Shown here: positions 19,953 through 30,056 of the stretch, in pieces
Layout: each line of letters starts with the position of its first letter
How positions within the stretch are numbered: position 1 is the stretch's first letter
NCBI GenBank assembly: GCA_965217775.1
Contig: CBDCJH010000002.1
Coordinates: 4,096,001 to 4,160,000 of the forward strand
DNA: 64,000 nt
Reading direction: 5' to 3'
From: Acidobacteriota bacterium
GTDB taxonomy: Bacteria > Acidobacteriota > UBA6911 > RPQK01 > JAJDTT01
Translations under genes and position numbers: made by a program
Notes under the pieces: generated by a model
Database searches by the model: none
What the model saw: only the letters and a program-made list of their open reading frames with translations
Told to the model about the DNA's origin: nothing

Positions 19953-21323
19953 ATGTCCGACAGTTGGCTGCCAGTCTACGTCGAGCGGGGTCCCAGAAGC
20001 CGGGAACTGTTCGAGCAGGCGAAGCGTAATACCGCCGGTGGCGTCGGTCACGACCTGCGATTTTCGTTTCCCTTCCCCCGCTATATCGATCACGCCGTGG
20101 GGTCCCGAATGTGGGACGCCGATGGAAACGCGTACATCGACTACGGCATGGGAAACGCGGCCTGTCTGCTGGGCCACTCCCCTCCCGAAGTGCTGGACGC
20201 CGTCCGGGAAGTGATCGGCAACGGACTCCACTTCGGAATGGACCATCCGGTCCAGGTCGAGTGGGCGGGTCTGATCCAGCAGTTGATTCCCTCAGCCGAG
20301 CGGGTCCGTTTCGTCAACTCCGGGACGGAAGGTTCGATGCTGGCGTTGCGAGTCGCCCGGGCCTTTACCCGGCGCACCAAGGTGCTCCGCTTCGAGGGAC
20401 ATTTCAGCGGCTGGCACGACTACGTGGGCAAGGGCGCCATGCCTCCGTTCGACAAATCCATCTCAGCCGGCATCCCACCCGCCACCCTGGACACCATCGT
20501 GGTGATTCCGGCCGACCTTGACCTGGTCGAGGAGACCTTCCGCGGCGATCCCGACATTGCCGCCGTGATGCTGGAACCGTCCGGCGCGTCGTGGGGCCGG
20601 GTCCCTCTGAGTCCCGATTTCAACCGCGAGCTGCGCCGCCTGACCGCGGATCATGGGGTGCTGTTGATCTACGACGAAGTCATCACCGGCTTTCGGTACA
20701 GTCCGGGCGGCTACCAGGAACTCGTGGGAATCACACCCGACATGAGCGTTCTGGGAAAGATCATGGCCGGTGGACTCCCCGGCGGAGCCCTCGTGGGCCG
20801 CGCCGACATCATGAGCCTGTTCGATTTCACGGGAGATCCCCGGCACGATCGGCACGAGAGGATCCAGCATCTGGGCACCTTCAACGCCAACCCCCTTTCG
20901 GCGGCAGCCGGGATCGCCACCCTGAAACAGGTCGCGACCGGCCGGCCCCAGGCCCGGGCCGACCGCATGGCCGCACTGCTTCGCGAAGGCATGGAGGAGA
21001 TTCTGGAAAGGGAGCGGGTGGCCGGTTACGCCTACGGAGACTCTTCCGGCTTCCATGTCTACCTGGAAGCTCACCCCGGTTCCAGCGCCACGGATCGCGC
21101 TGCAGTTCGAACCACCGACGCCACCCGCCTGAAGGGGATACCCGGAAGGGTCATCACCGCCTTCCAAAAAAACTTTCAAATCAGAGGTGTCGAGGTGCTC
21201 TCCTTCATGGCAGGCGTGACCTCCGCCGCCCATTCGAAGGAAGACATCGGGGAGACCCTCAACGTCTTTCAGGACACCATCCGGACGCTGCTCCGCGACC
21301 AGATCATCGCCCAACTGGCCTGA
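19953..21323 (+). CDS. Class III aminotransferase (GSA aminomutase-like)
   Basis: DADGNAYIDY, FVNSGTE, LIYDEVITGFR, LGKIMAGGLP, GTFNANP. Confidence 0.92.
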   Translation: MSDSWLPVYVERGPRSRELFEQAKRNTAGGVGHDLRFSFPFPRYIDHAVGSRMWDADGNAYIDYGMGNAACLLGHSPPEVLDAVREVIGNGLHFGMDHPVQVEWAGLIQQLIPSAERVRFVNSGTEGSMLALRVARAFTRRTKVLRFEGHFSGWHDYVGKGAMPPFDKSISAGIPPATLDTIVVIPADLDLVEETFRGDPDIAAVMLEPSGASWGRVPLSPDFNRELRRLTADHGVLLIYDEVITGFRYSPGGYQELVGITPDMSVLGKIMAGGLPGGALVGRADIMSLFDFTGDPRHDRHERIQHLGTFNANPLSAAAGIATLKQVATGRPQARADRMAALLREGMEEILERERVAGYAYGDSSGFHVYLEAHPGSSATDRAAVRTTDATRLKGIPGRVITAFQKNFQIRGVEVLSFMAGVTSAAHSKEDIGETLNVFQDTIRTLLRDQIIAQLA

Positions 21324-21581
21324 CAAGAAGTTGCCATTGGAGCGCGACGTGGAGCGGCGACTTGGAGCGGCGGTATCCTTGCCGCCGATTGGGGGGTCAA
21401 GGGGGGCGACAGCCCCCCTCCGCGCTTCCTTCACGCGATCCATGTTTCCGCACGAATAAAGGAACCATCGTCAGCTTCAAATATGCTGGGAAGAAGGAGG
21501 CAAAAAATGACCCACCCTAGCAAGCACCAGAGGCCGGACCCTCGAGATTCGGTGTTTCCCGCTATAGCCGGCCAGCGACGA

Positions 21582-23372
21582 ATGAAACCGGGCTCAGCCG
21601 CCCTGTTCCTGGCGGCCATCCTGACCGGACCGGTCTCCGCCCAACGCATCCTCCCCCTTCCGGGAGACAACCTGCTGTCGGGCAAGGAGGCAACTTTCTC
21701 CGTTCCACCGAACTGCAGCCACTGCGGCACCGCCGACAAATCCGACCTGACCGACGGAAAACTCTGGCAATCGCACAGCGGGACGAACTTCTGGGACCAC
21801 GAGGGATCCGTCGGATGGGACCTCGGCTCCCTACCCGGAGTGATGATCGAGTTCGACCTGGGAACGGTTCAACCGATCGAAACCCTGGGACTCCACACCG
21901 CGTCGGGAAACCCGGACGTCAAAATCCCAACCGCCCTACTGGCCTACGTGTCGGACGACGGCGAGACCTGGCGCTACGTCACCGACCTGATCAACGAAAT
22001 CGTCCCTGAAGGAGCTTCCGTTCGCCGCCGTTTCGTGTCGGGAGACTACTGGACCGGAGGCCTGCGAGTCGGCGGACGATATCTGGCCTTCTACGCCGTC
22101 AATGGCGGCGGCCGCACCTTCATCGACGAGATCGAAGCCCTCCGGGGCAGCCGAGACCCCGCGGAAGCGATCTTCGACTCCGCCGTCATCGCCAAGGACC
22201 AGCTCGAAGCCGACGCCCTGAGCCGGGCCAGTGGTGCAACATCCCAGGCGGGTTCATTCCGTCACATGAGCACCTGGATCCGGAAGAGCTACTCCGACGC
22301 GATTCTGCAGACGAAGCCGGCTCAAGAGCGAAGAATGGACAACCTGGAACGGTACGTGGCCATCGACAACAAGGGCAACTGGCCCAACCTGACGCTCATG
22401 CCGGACGGTTCCATCGTGGCGACGGTCTTCGGCGAACCCGCCCACGGCTTGTGGGAAGGCAGCACCGAGTGCTGGATCAGCCGGGACGGCGGCAAGACCT
22501 GGTCCTTTTTGAGCGTGGCGGCGCCCCACGCACCCGGGACCAACCACATGATCTACGGAGCCGGCCTGACTCACGGCGGCGCCCTGGTCGTCCTGGCCGG
22601 CGGCTGGGGCAACGTCCCGTCCCGAGGGGGCGAACCGCCCGTTCCCAACAAGAAGAGATTCCTTCTGACGCCCAGAATCTGCCGTTCCGAGGACGGCGGC
22701 AGGACCTGGACCCGCACGGAGATGAAGGTGCCGGCTCAAACGGAGGACCCGATTCCCTACGGCGATATCGTCATGCTTCCGCGCGGGCGACTCGCCATCG
22801 CGTTTTATTCCCACGGTCCCGGCGATCTCGCCAGGAATACGGCCTGGATCTTCTTCAGCGACGATGACGGACGGACCTGGGGCAACCCTCGCCTGATCGC
22901 CGCGGACAGCTACAACGAAACGGCACTGTTGCCTCTGGACGGAGCGAAGATGCTCGCCGCCAGCCGCACCATCCGATGGGGCGGGATGAAGGATGAGCAT
23001 CTGGAGCTGTTCGCCTCCGGCGACGGCGGGCAGACCTGGAAGGGACGCGGACCCGTTTCCTTGCCGAAGGAGATTCCGGCGGACCTGTTGAGACTGCGGG
23101 ACGGCTCGATCCTTCTCTCCTACGGCTCGCGCCTTCGGGGCGCCCTCGGGGTCCATGCGCGCATCAGCCGGGACGGCGGACTCACCTGGGACGCTCCCCG
23201 GATCCTCTTCAAGACAGCCGCTCACGTCTCCAGCAGCGGAGCCGGCGGAGTCGACGGCGGGTACCCGTCAAGCATCCAACTGGAAGACGGCTCCATCCTC
23301 ACCGCCTACTACTGTTCCCGCCTCCCCTGGCACCAGCGGTATCACATGGGCGTGGTCTTCTGGCAGGACTGA
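21582..23372 (+). CDS. Discoidin-like domain plus BNR/Asp-box sialidase-like protein
   Basis: DLTDG..IEFDLG discoidin-like N-terminus; repeated SxDGGxTW Asp-boxes; DGGYPSS C-terminal motif. Confidence 0.8.
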   Translation: MKPGSAALFLAAILTGPVSAQRILPLPGDNLLSGKEATFSVPPNCSHCGTADKSDLTDGKLWQSHSGTNFWDHEGSVGWDLGSLPGVMIEFDLGTVQPIETLGLHTASGNPDVKIPTALLAYVSDDGETWRYVTDLINEIVPEGASVRRRFVSGDYWTGGLRVGGRYLAFYAVNGGGRTFIDEIEALRGSRDPAEAIFDSAVIAKDQLEADALSRASGATSQAGSFRHMSTWIRKSYSDAILQTKPAQERRMDNLERYVAIDNKGNWPNLTLMPDGSIVATVFGEPAHGLWEGSTECWISRDGGKTWSFLSVAAPHAPGTNHMIYGAGLTHGGALVVLAGGWGNVPSRGGEPPVPNKKRFLLTPRICRSEDGGRTWTRTEMKVPAQTEDPIPYGDIVMLPRGRLAIAFYSHGPGDLARNTAWIFFSDDDGRTWGNPRLIAADSYNETALLPLDGAKMLAASRTIRWGGMKDEHLELFASGDGGQTWKGRGPVSLPKEIPADLLRLRDGSILLSYGSRLRGALGVHARISRDGGLTWDAPRILFKTAAHVSSSGAGGVDGGYPSSIQLEDGSILTAYYCSRLPWHQRYHMGVVFWQD

Positions 23373-23391
23373 AGGTCTACTGCCCGAAGGG

Positions 23392-25005
23392 TGGCACCTG
23401 GGCAGGTACGGAAAATACGGTCCCCTGACCCACGGTTTCGACGAGTTTCTGGGATTCCGGGACGGCATGATCGACGATTATTTCGACACCGCCCTGGAGC
23501 ACAACGGCCTTCCGGTGCGGATCAGCAACTACATCACCGACGCCTTGACCGACGCCGCCCTCCGTTTCGTCGAGTCCAACCGGAGCCGTCCCTTCTTCCT
23601 CTTCCTGTCCTACAACGCTCCCCACATTCCCAACCAGGTCCCCCTGAAGTACGAGCAGGAATACACCGAGAAGGGCCTGTCTCCGCACCTGGCCAAGGTT
23701 TACGGCATGATCACCTGCCTGGACGATGGGATCGGCCGTGTCCTGGAGGCCCTGGAAAAGCTGGGCCTGGAGGAAAACACGATCGTCGTGTTCCTGTCGG
23801 ACAACGGCCCCCAGATGGAGAGCAGCCGCCAGATGCAGCAATTCCGGTCCCGGGAGTGGCACCAGATGGACGCCATGTGGAAGGGGGCCGGCCGCTACAA
23901 CGCGAACCTGCGGGGAGAAAAGGCCACCGTCTATGAGGGAGGGATCCGTTCGCCGTTTTTCGCACGCTGGGTGGGCCAGCTCCCGGCGGGGAAGACTCTG
24001 GAGGTGGCGGCGTCCCATATCGACCTGCTTCCGACCCTTCTGGATCTCTGTGAAGTTCCGCTCCCGGAAGGGCCGGCATTGGACGGCCGGAGCCTGGCTC
24101 CGTTTCTTAACAGCCCGTGGCAAAAGTCATCACGGCATTCGACCGTCCCTGCATCCCGGCGGACGGCGTTGCTATCGGCTCACATACTCCCGGTATGCAC
24201 CCGAATCGCGCCTTGTCCGGCGGGCGCAGGAACGGTCTCGGTGCTCGCGGGACTTTCACCACGGACTGTTAAGGCAGGACGCGGGGATCCGCCGGACCGG
24301 ACCCTGTTCTTCTGGAGTGACGCACCGAAGACGGGGGTCGGCCCTCGTCTGGGCCTCAACCGCCGGAACTACGCGGTCCGAAGGGGGCCCTGGAAGCTGG
24401 TCGGCGGCCAGGAGTTGTTCGACCTGAGCCGCGATCCCTACGAGCAGAAGAATCTGGCGGAGCGCCAGCCCGGGAGGGTGAAAGAGCTTCAGGAAGCCTT
24501 CGACCGATGGTCGCAGGAGGTGGTCCCGAAGGAGGACCTGGTGCGGCTTCCCATCCCCGTCAGCGGCGAGGACACCCCGTCGATCATGTCGAATATGTTC
24601 CGGGGAGGGACCGTGATCGACATCGCCTGGGCCCGCCTGCACGGACAGGGCCTCCAATACGGATACGACAAGCTGATCCGGGACAAGATCACGGGCTGGG
24701 AGGACCCGAACGATTTCATCCGCTGGCACCTCGACGTCGGGCGTGCCGGGAGATACGAGGTGATCCTCCAATACGGCTGCGGGGTGGCCGACGCGGGCTC
24801 CCGGATCCGGATCGCCTCGGGAGATGCGCGTGTCGAGTTCGCGGTCGAGCCCACGTCGGCCGTGGACGTTTGGCGAACTCAGGGCGTCGGATTCCTGGAC
24901 CTCAAGCGGGGACTCTCGACGATGGAGATCCGGGTCCTTTCCAAGCCCGGGAAACGCGTGATGGACCTTCACGAGGTCCGGTTGAGGCGGGTCGGAGATA
25001 TCTAG
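23392..25005 (+). pseudogene. 5'-truncated arylsulfatase with in-frame MITE insertion
   Basis: Starts at WHLG; has YNAPH, FLSDNG, KATVYEGGIR, ELFDLSRDPYE; lacks the N-terminal DD and CxPxR motifs. Confidence 0.8.
24111..24268 (+). mobile_element. 158-bp MITE, copy inside the sulfatase frame (TSD TTAA)
   Basis: TTAA|CAGCCCGTGG...CACGGACTG|TTAA. Confidence 0.95.
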
Positions 25006-25099
25006 CCAACACCTCGTAAGAAAAAGGAGGAGCGATTTCCAATCGCCCATTTCTCCATGCACTACCGGAGTTCGGCGGTTGGAAACCGCCGCTCCCATC

Positions 25100-26875
25100 T
25101 CACCAGTAGGCGATGGCCTCGGCCACTTCGCCCAGTCTCTTCCCGTCCCAGTCCACGTCGGCCAGGATCGGCAGGGAATGGGTCGAAAACTCCCGGGGAA
25201 AGCGGACCCGGACCACGACCTCCTTCGTCTCTCCCCCACCCAGGACCAGTTCCTTCTCCACAGGATCGATGGAAACGCCTTCCAGTGAGCGGAACCGCAC
25301 CCGGCAGGTTTTTTCATCCTCTGCGTGGTTCTTGACGTAGAGTCGAAAGTCCACGGCGTCGCCGGGGCGGATCCGGACCTTGTAGGGTCGGAACTCGATC
25401 CAGTGAGGGTCCATGGCCATGTCGGGATGGGGGGCTTGGACCACGCCGGTGAAGAGTGACTGCCAGCGGTCCATCCACTGGGTCCAGCGATCGATCCGGG
25501 TTTGTTCGAACTCCACTCCGCCGCCGTGTCCTGTCAGTATCACGTCCGGACGCCGCTCCGCGATCTTGCGCGGTATGGACCCATAGGCAGAAAGGGGGGT
25601 TCGATTCTTGGGAATGAAGGAATGGATGTAGTCCCGCTCTTCCCGGAAGCTGAGTCCCGAGATCGCGTCTCCGATGGCCAGGAAGCGGCGCCCGTCGACC
25701 TGGAACGTGATGTGGTGGTCGTACCAGGTCTGTCCCGGGAACTGCTCGATCCGGAAGTCGATCCCCCGCCAGTGGAAGCTTTCCCCACGGGCTACGACCC
25801 GGTCGACCCGCATCCCGTCCGGCACCATGCAGGGCATGTCGTAGCGCTCCGGGTGTTCGAGCAGCTCCTGCAGTTCCGGCGCGGCGGCCACCTTGGTGCC
25901 GTAGCGCGCTCGGAGCATGGGGTATCCGGCCAAGTGATCGTCGTGGAAGTGGGTCGGCAGGAAGTATTCCACCGTCTCGACTCCCAGCTCGCTGCGCAAC
26001 CGCGGGGTCAGGTGGTCGATGTAGCGGTGCGGGTTGGCCGTGATGGGTGCCCCCGAGACGTAGCCGCAGTCGATGAGAACCGCGTGGCCGGCGTCGTCCT
26101 TGACCACGTAGGAGTTGGCCATGGAGTTGACCTCGTAGACGTGGGGTGACAGGCGGCGGAACTCCACCTGGAACGGAGTGTAGGGCTGGTCTAAGAACAT
26201 CCCGTGGAGCTGGGCGAGCCGTTCGCTCAGTTCGTCGATGCGGGCTTCCTCCCGGGTGAAGGGCGCCCCATGCCCCGGCAGCATGAGATCCCACTCCAAT
26301 TCGGCGGCGTGGGCCAGGCTTTCGAGCTGGTTGACGTGCCCCTGGAAGTCCATGTAGCTCCATTGCAGCCAGTGGTAGTCGCCGAGGCGGCCCGGCGCCG
26401 CCATCAGGTCGCCGCAGGCCAGGACGCGCCGGCCGTCGATCTCGAAAAGGTACCCGGTGGCACCGAAGGTGTGGCCCGGCAGCGGCACCACCTCGAAGTG
26501 GATCCCCTGCCATTCGATGGTTTCGTAGTCTCGGGCGATCCTGGCTCCGCGCACGTCTTGCAAGGGGCCGTATCCCGGATAGTAGGCGGTGTAGTTGTCG
26601 TAGACGTAATACGCCGCCCGCTGCAGGTCCGCCTCCTGCAAGAAGTGCCGTTCGGCGGCGGGGATGTAGACCTCGGCGCCCTGCGCCTGCCAGTGGGCGG
26701 CCCCGGAACACTGGTCGCGGTGAAAATGGGTGAGCAGGATCCGGTCGACCGGTCCCACGGCCTGGGACCGCAGGTCGGTCCCGCAATCGATCAACAGAGT
26801 CCTGCCGCCCGCCCGGACGCCGTAGACGCTGCAGGTGTCCTCCACCTGGAACAGGTTTTCACTGAGATGATTCAC
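25100..26875 (-). CDS. Double-domain MBL-fold metallo-hydrolase
   Basis: THFHRDQ and THFHDDH motifs, LPGHT; GTG start at 26875 with GGAGG RBS. Confidence 0.88.
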   Translation of the reverse strand: MNHLSENLFQVEDTCSVYGVRAGGRTLLIDCGTDLRSQAVGPVDRILLTHFHRDQCSGAAHWQAQGAEVYIPAAERHFLQEADLQRAAYYVYDNYTAYYPGYGPLQDVRGARIARDYETIEWQGIHFEVVPLPGHTFGATGYLFEIDGRRVLACGDLMAAPGRLGDYHWLQWSYMDFQGHVNQLESLAHAAELEWDLMLPGHGAPFTREEARIDELSERLAQLHGMFLDQPYTPFQVEFRRLSPHVYEVNSMANSYVVKDDAGHAVLIDCGYVSGAPITANPHRYIDHLTPRLRSELGVETVEYFLPTHFHDDHLAGYPMLRARYGTKVAAAPELQELLEHPERYDMPCMVPDGMRVDRVVARGESFHWRGIDFRIEQFPGQTWYDHHITFQVDGRRFLAIGDAISGLSFREERDYIHSFIPKNRTPLSAYGSIPRKIAERRPDVILTGHGGGVEFEQTRIDRWTQWMDRWQSLFTGVVQAPHPDMAMDPHWIEFRPYKVRIRPGDAVDFRLYVKNHAEDEKTCRVRFRSLEGVSIDPVEKELVLGGGETKEVVVRVRFPREFSTHSLPILADVDWDGKRLGEVAEAIAYW

Positions 26876-26936
26876 GTCGACCTCCCAGGAGGGGGGACTT
26901 GTAGTCCCCCATAGGCGCGGGGACATCCCTGTCCCC

Positions 26937-28076
26937 TCAAGAATCGGCGGCTGGAAACCGCCGCTCCAATTCGGCGGCTGGAAACCGCCGCTCCGATTCG
27001 GCGGCTGGAAACCGCCGCTCCGATTCGGCGGTTGGAAACCGCCGCTCCAGGGCGGCGGTCAGCTCCGACCCATAGGCGAAGATCGCCGGCGTTCCGCCGG
27101 TGTGCATCAGCAGGAACGAGCGCCCCGGACCGCTGCTCCGGGCCCGGTGGATCAGGCCCGCCATGGTCTTGCCGGTGTAGACCGGATCCAGGATCAGGCC
27201 CTCCAGGCTGCCGGCCATCCGGAGGGCTTCCAGCGTGGGCGGGTTCAACCGCCCGTACCCCGGCGCCAGGAAATCGTCGATCACGCGGATGTCCTTGTCG
27301 GTCACCGGGTTTGCCGTTTCCAACAGCTCGGCGATCTCCCGGCAGCGGGCCCGGATCCGCTCCTTCTGCGGTCCGGCGTTCCGGCGCACGCAGACGCCGG
27401 TCACCCGCACGCGCGAGCCCAGCGCCCGCAGTCCGACCAGCAATCCGCCGTGGGTGTGGCCGCTCCCGGAGGGGACCACCACCTCGTCGATTGAGAGTTG
27501 CCGGGATACGGCCTGCTCCAACAACTCCTGGGCCGCCACCACGTATCCCAGGGCGCCCAGCGGCGGGTGTCCCGGGCCGAGGGGGATGATGTAGGGACGT
27601 CTTCCCTGCCCTTTCAGCTCCTCGGCGATCTCCGACACCCGGCGGTCCGCCCCCTCCTCGTCTTCGCCCTCGGGATAGGAATAGAGAGTCGCCCCCAGAA
27701 TCCGATCCAGCAGCACGTTCCCCGAGTTTCGATAGAGGGGGTCGTCCCTGGGGACTCGCTCTTCCAACTGAATATGACAGTCCATGCCCGACTTGCGGGC
27801 GGCCGCGGCGGCGAGACGGACGAAGTTGGATTGGACGGCGCCCGTGATCAGAATCGTGTCGGCGTCCTGGAGCCGGGCCTCGCCCAGGTAGAACTCCAGT
27901 TGGCGAACCTTGTTGCCGCCGAACGCCAGATCGGTGCAGTCGTCCCGCTTGACGTAGACTCCCGCCCCGCCCAACGCCTCGCCCAGGTTCGGCATCGCCT
28001 CCAAGGGGGTGGGCAGGCGGCAGAGCCTCAGCCGCGGAAACTCGCCCAAGGTTCCCAGCCCCGATTTTGCCGCCAT
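26937..28076 (-). CDS. D-cysteine desulfhydrase / ACC deaminase family PLP enzyme
   Basis: KRDD..FGGNKVRQLE, QSNF, LDPVYTGK, HTGG; C-terminus extended by 27-bp repeats. Confidence 0.93.
   Translation of the reverse strand: MAAKSGLGTLGEFPRLRLCRLPTPLEAMPNLGEALGGAGVYVKRDDCTDLAFGGNKVRQLEFYLGEARLQDADTILITGAVQSNFVRLAAAAARKSGMDCHIQLEERVPRDDPLYRNSGNVLLDRILGATLYSYPEGEDEEGADRRVSEIAEELKGQGRRPYIIPLGPGHPPLGALGYVVAAQELLEQAVSRQLSIDEVVVPSGSGHTHGGLLVGLRALGSRVRVTGVCVRRNAGPQKERIRARCREIAELLETANPVTDKDIRVIDDFLAPGYGRLNPPTLEALRMAGSLEGLILDPVYTGKTMAGLIHRARSSGPGRSFLLMHTGGTPAIFAYGSELTAALERRFPTAESERRFPAAESERRFPAAELERRFPAADS
26941..27048 (-). repeat. Four tandem 27-bp REP-like units inside the gene's 3' end
   Basis: TCGGCGG(C/T)TGGAAACCGCCGCTCC x4, translated as ERRFP(T/A)A(E/D)x. 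Confidence 0.92.
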
Positions 28077-28138
28077 ATGGAACTCCCTGAAATCAGAAAC
28101 GGAAAGAGGACAAGTACGCCGGAGAACTCGGCTCCCGG

Positions 28139-29239
28139 TCAGAGTTGCTCTTCAAACCACTTGGCCATCCAGTTGAAGTATTTCACCCGGAAGACGTGGC
28201 CGTCGTCGGGACGATGGACCTGAAACAGATGGGACCGGCCTGCTTCCCGGTAGACGGGCGAAACCAGATCCAATAGCTGATCCACGCCGGACGCGGCCAT
28301 GTCGGGGTCCCGCAGTGGCGCCAGAATCATCAACGGCCGGGGCGCGATGCAGTCCGCCACGATCTCGGGATGGTCGAAGTGACGGAGGAGTCCCGGGATG
28401 TAATGGCAGGAACTGTGCCGTTCCGGCTGCCCCTCGTGAATGTCGCGCGCCAGACTGCCCAGTCCCCCGCAGAGAATGGCCGCGGTCGCAATCGACGGGT
28501 CGCAGGCCATGGCCCACCAGGAAGCGTACGACCCCAGTGAGAATCCGGTGAGACCGACCCGGGCGGGGTCCACCTGCTCCTGGGCTCCCAGGACCCGGGC
28601 CGCCCGCAAGGCTTCCTCGGCCAGGATCCCCATCTGGGGACGCCCGTAGGGGGCCAGGAGCTTGGCTTCGGTCTCCCAATCCTCCAGCGCTCGGCGCCGG
28701 GACAGAGTCCCCTTCAAGGTGATGGAGAGGGTCGCAAAACCCCGTCTCGACAGCTCCCGGGCCCATCCCCGAAGCGGTCCCGTGTCCGGATGTTCCCGAT
28801 GAAACCGCTCCTCGGTCAATCGTCCGGCGTCGCCGCTGGTCCCCGGCATGCAGACGACTCCCGCCAGCGATCCGGCGCCGGCCCCGGCGGGAATGAGGAG
28901 GATTCCCGGAACCGTTTCCCCCAGGGAATTGACGAAACTCAGGGGCGTCCTCAGGAGTCCGTCTTCAGTCCGCATGGTCTCACCCATCGAGAACGGGATT
29001 TCCTTCGGGGGGATGGCATCCATCCCCATCAGTTCGATCACCTTGGAACGGACGGCCTCACCTCGGATGGGGTGTGGGAATGCGGGCCGGACGTCGGCGG
29101 GGACGACCGCCGAATCGGGCTCGTTTTTGGCAGGCGGACCGGTATTCACGAGGCCGAAAATGAAGGAGCCCGCCAGCAACGTGAGGGCGGTCCCCAGGCG
29201 GATGCGGGACGAACCGGGCAGTTTGAGTCGAATGGCCAT
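28139..29239 (-). CDS. Alpha/beta hydrolase (dienelactone hydrolase/esterase-like)
   Basis: VGLTGFSLG nucleophile elbow, IAPRPL, C-terminal GH; N-terminal hydrophobic segment. Confidence 0.85.
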   Translation of the reverse strand: MAIRLKLPGSSRIRLGTALTLLAGSFIFGLVNTGPPAKNEPDSAVVPADVRPAFPHPIRGEAVRSKVIELMGMDAIPPKEIPFSMGETMRTEDGLLRTPLSFVNSLGETVPGILLIPAGAGAGSLAGVVCMPGTSGDAGRLTEERFHREHPDTGPLRGWARELSRRGFATLSITLKGTLSRRRALEDWETEAKLLAPYGRPQMGILAEEALRAARVLGAQEQVDPARVGLTGFSLGSYASWWAMACDPSIATAAILCGGLGSLARDIHEGQPERHSSCHYIPGLLRHFDHPEIVADCIAPRPLMILAPLRDPDMAASGVDQLLDLVSPVYREAGRSHLFQVHRPDDGHVFRVKYFNWMAKWFEEQL

Positions 29240-29444
29240 GAGAAAACCCCGCCGGGATCGAGTTTGGTCCGTTGATGCGAACCGGGCAAGTCTAGCTTCT
29301 CCCCGGCGGGCGAACAACTTGCCGGTAGGGGATTCTTAGTCCCGACTGCCCCACCGTCAACAACTACCGAAAGTTAACGTTCTTAGTCATTTTCCGGGTT
29401 CTTCGCCGAATCGGTAAAGTGGGTGTCATTGACCATCCCTCACC

Positions 29445-29890
29445 GTGGAGGCGATCTGGGAGGCCCACTTGGAGGCGGACCAATTCCTTACGGACGCTGG
29501 CGTAGATATCCGACAAGTCGAGGGAGATCGGGCGTACTACCGTCTGAGCGCCGATGAGATCGTCCTGCCGAAGTGGGAGCAGTTTTCCTCGGCTAACCAT
29601 TACTACCAGACGGCGCTTCACAAGATGGGACACGCCACGGAACACCCCGAGCGCATGAACCGCGAGTCGTTGATCGAGGGGCTCAAGGCGGGTTTTGGTT
29701 CCGAGGCCTATGCCCGCGAGGAGTTGCGGGCAGAAATCAGCGCCATGATGACGGGCGAGACATCAGGATCGGTCACGGCCCCAGCCGGGTCAACTATGCC
29801 GAGAGTTGGATCGAGGTCTTGGAAAAGGATACCCCGGAAATCCGCCGGGCGGCGGCCGATCAGCAGAAGATCTCCGACTGCGTTCTAGTT
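29445..29890 (+). pseudogene. ardC: ArdC-type zincin-like (MPTase) fragment
   Basis: DRAYY...DEIVLP...YYQTALHKMGHAT...FGSEAYAREELRAEI; N-terminus missing, HE changed to HK, frameshift near 29760. Confidence 0.75.
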
Positions 29891-30056
29891 CGGAACCGGC
29901 AGCGGGCGGGACGGAGAGAGCAACAAGCCGCCAAGAGCGCTCCCTCTCGGACCCCACCGAATGCAGCCACCCTGCTACCGCGAGCCCGACCGAAGAAATC
30001 CTGGCAGGTCCATGGAGCGGATTTCTCGAGGGTCCGTCTCCCGCATTGCGGTATCC

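Noticed and set aside
26941-27048. Possible CRISPR array
   Set aside because: Units are contiguous with no unique spacers, and no cas genes are present.
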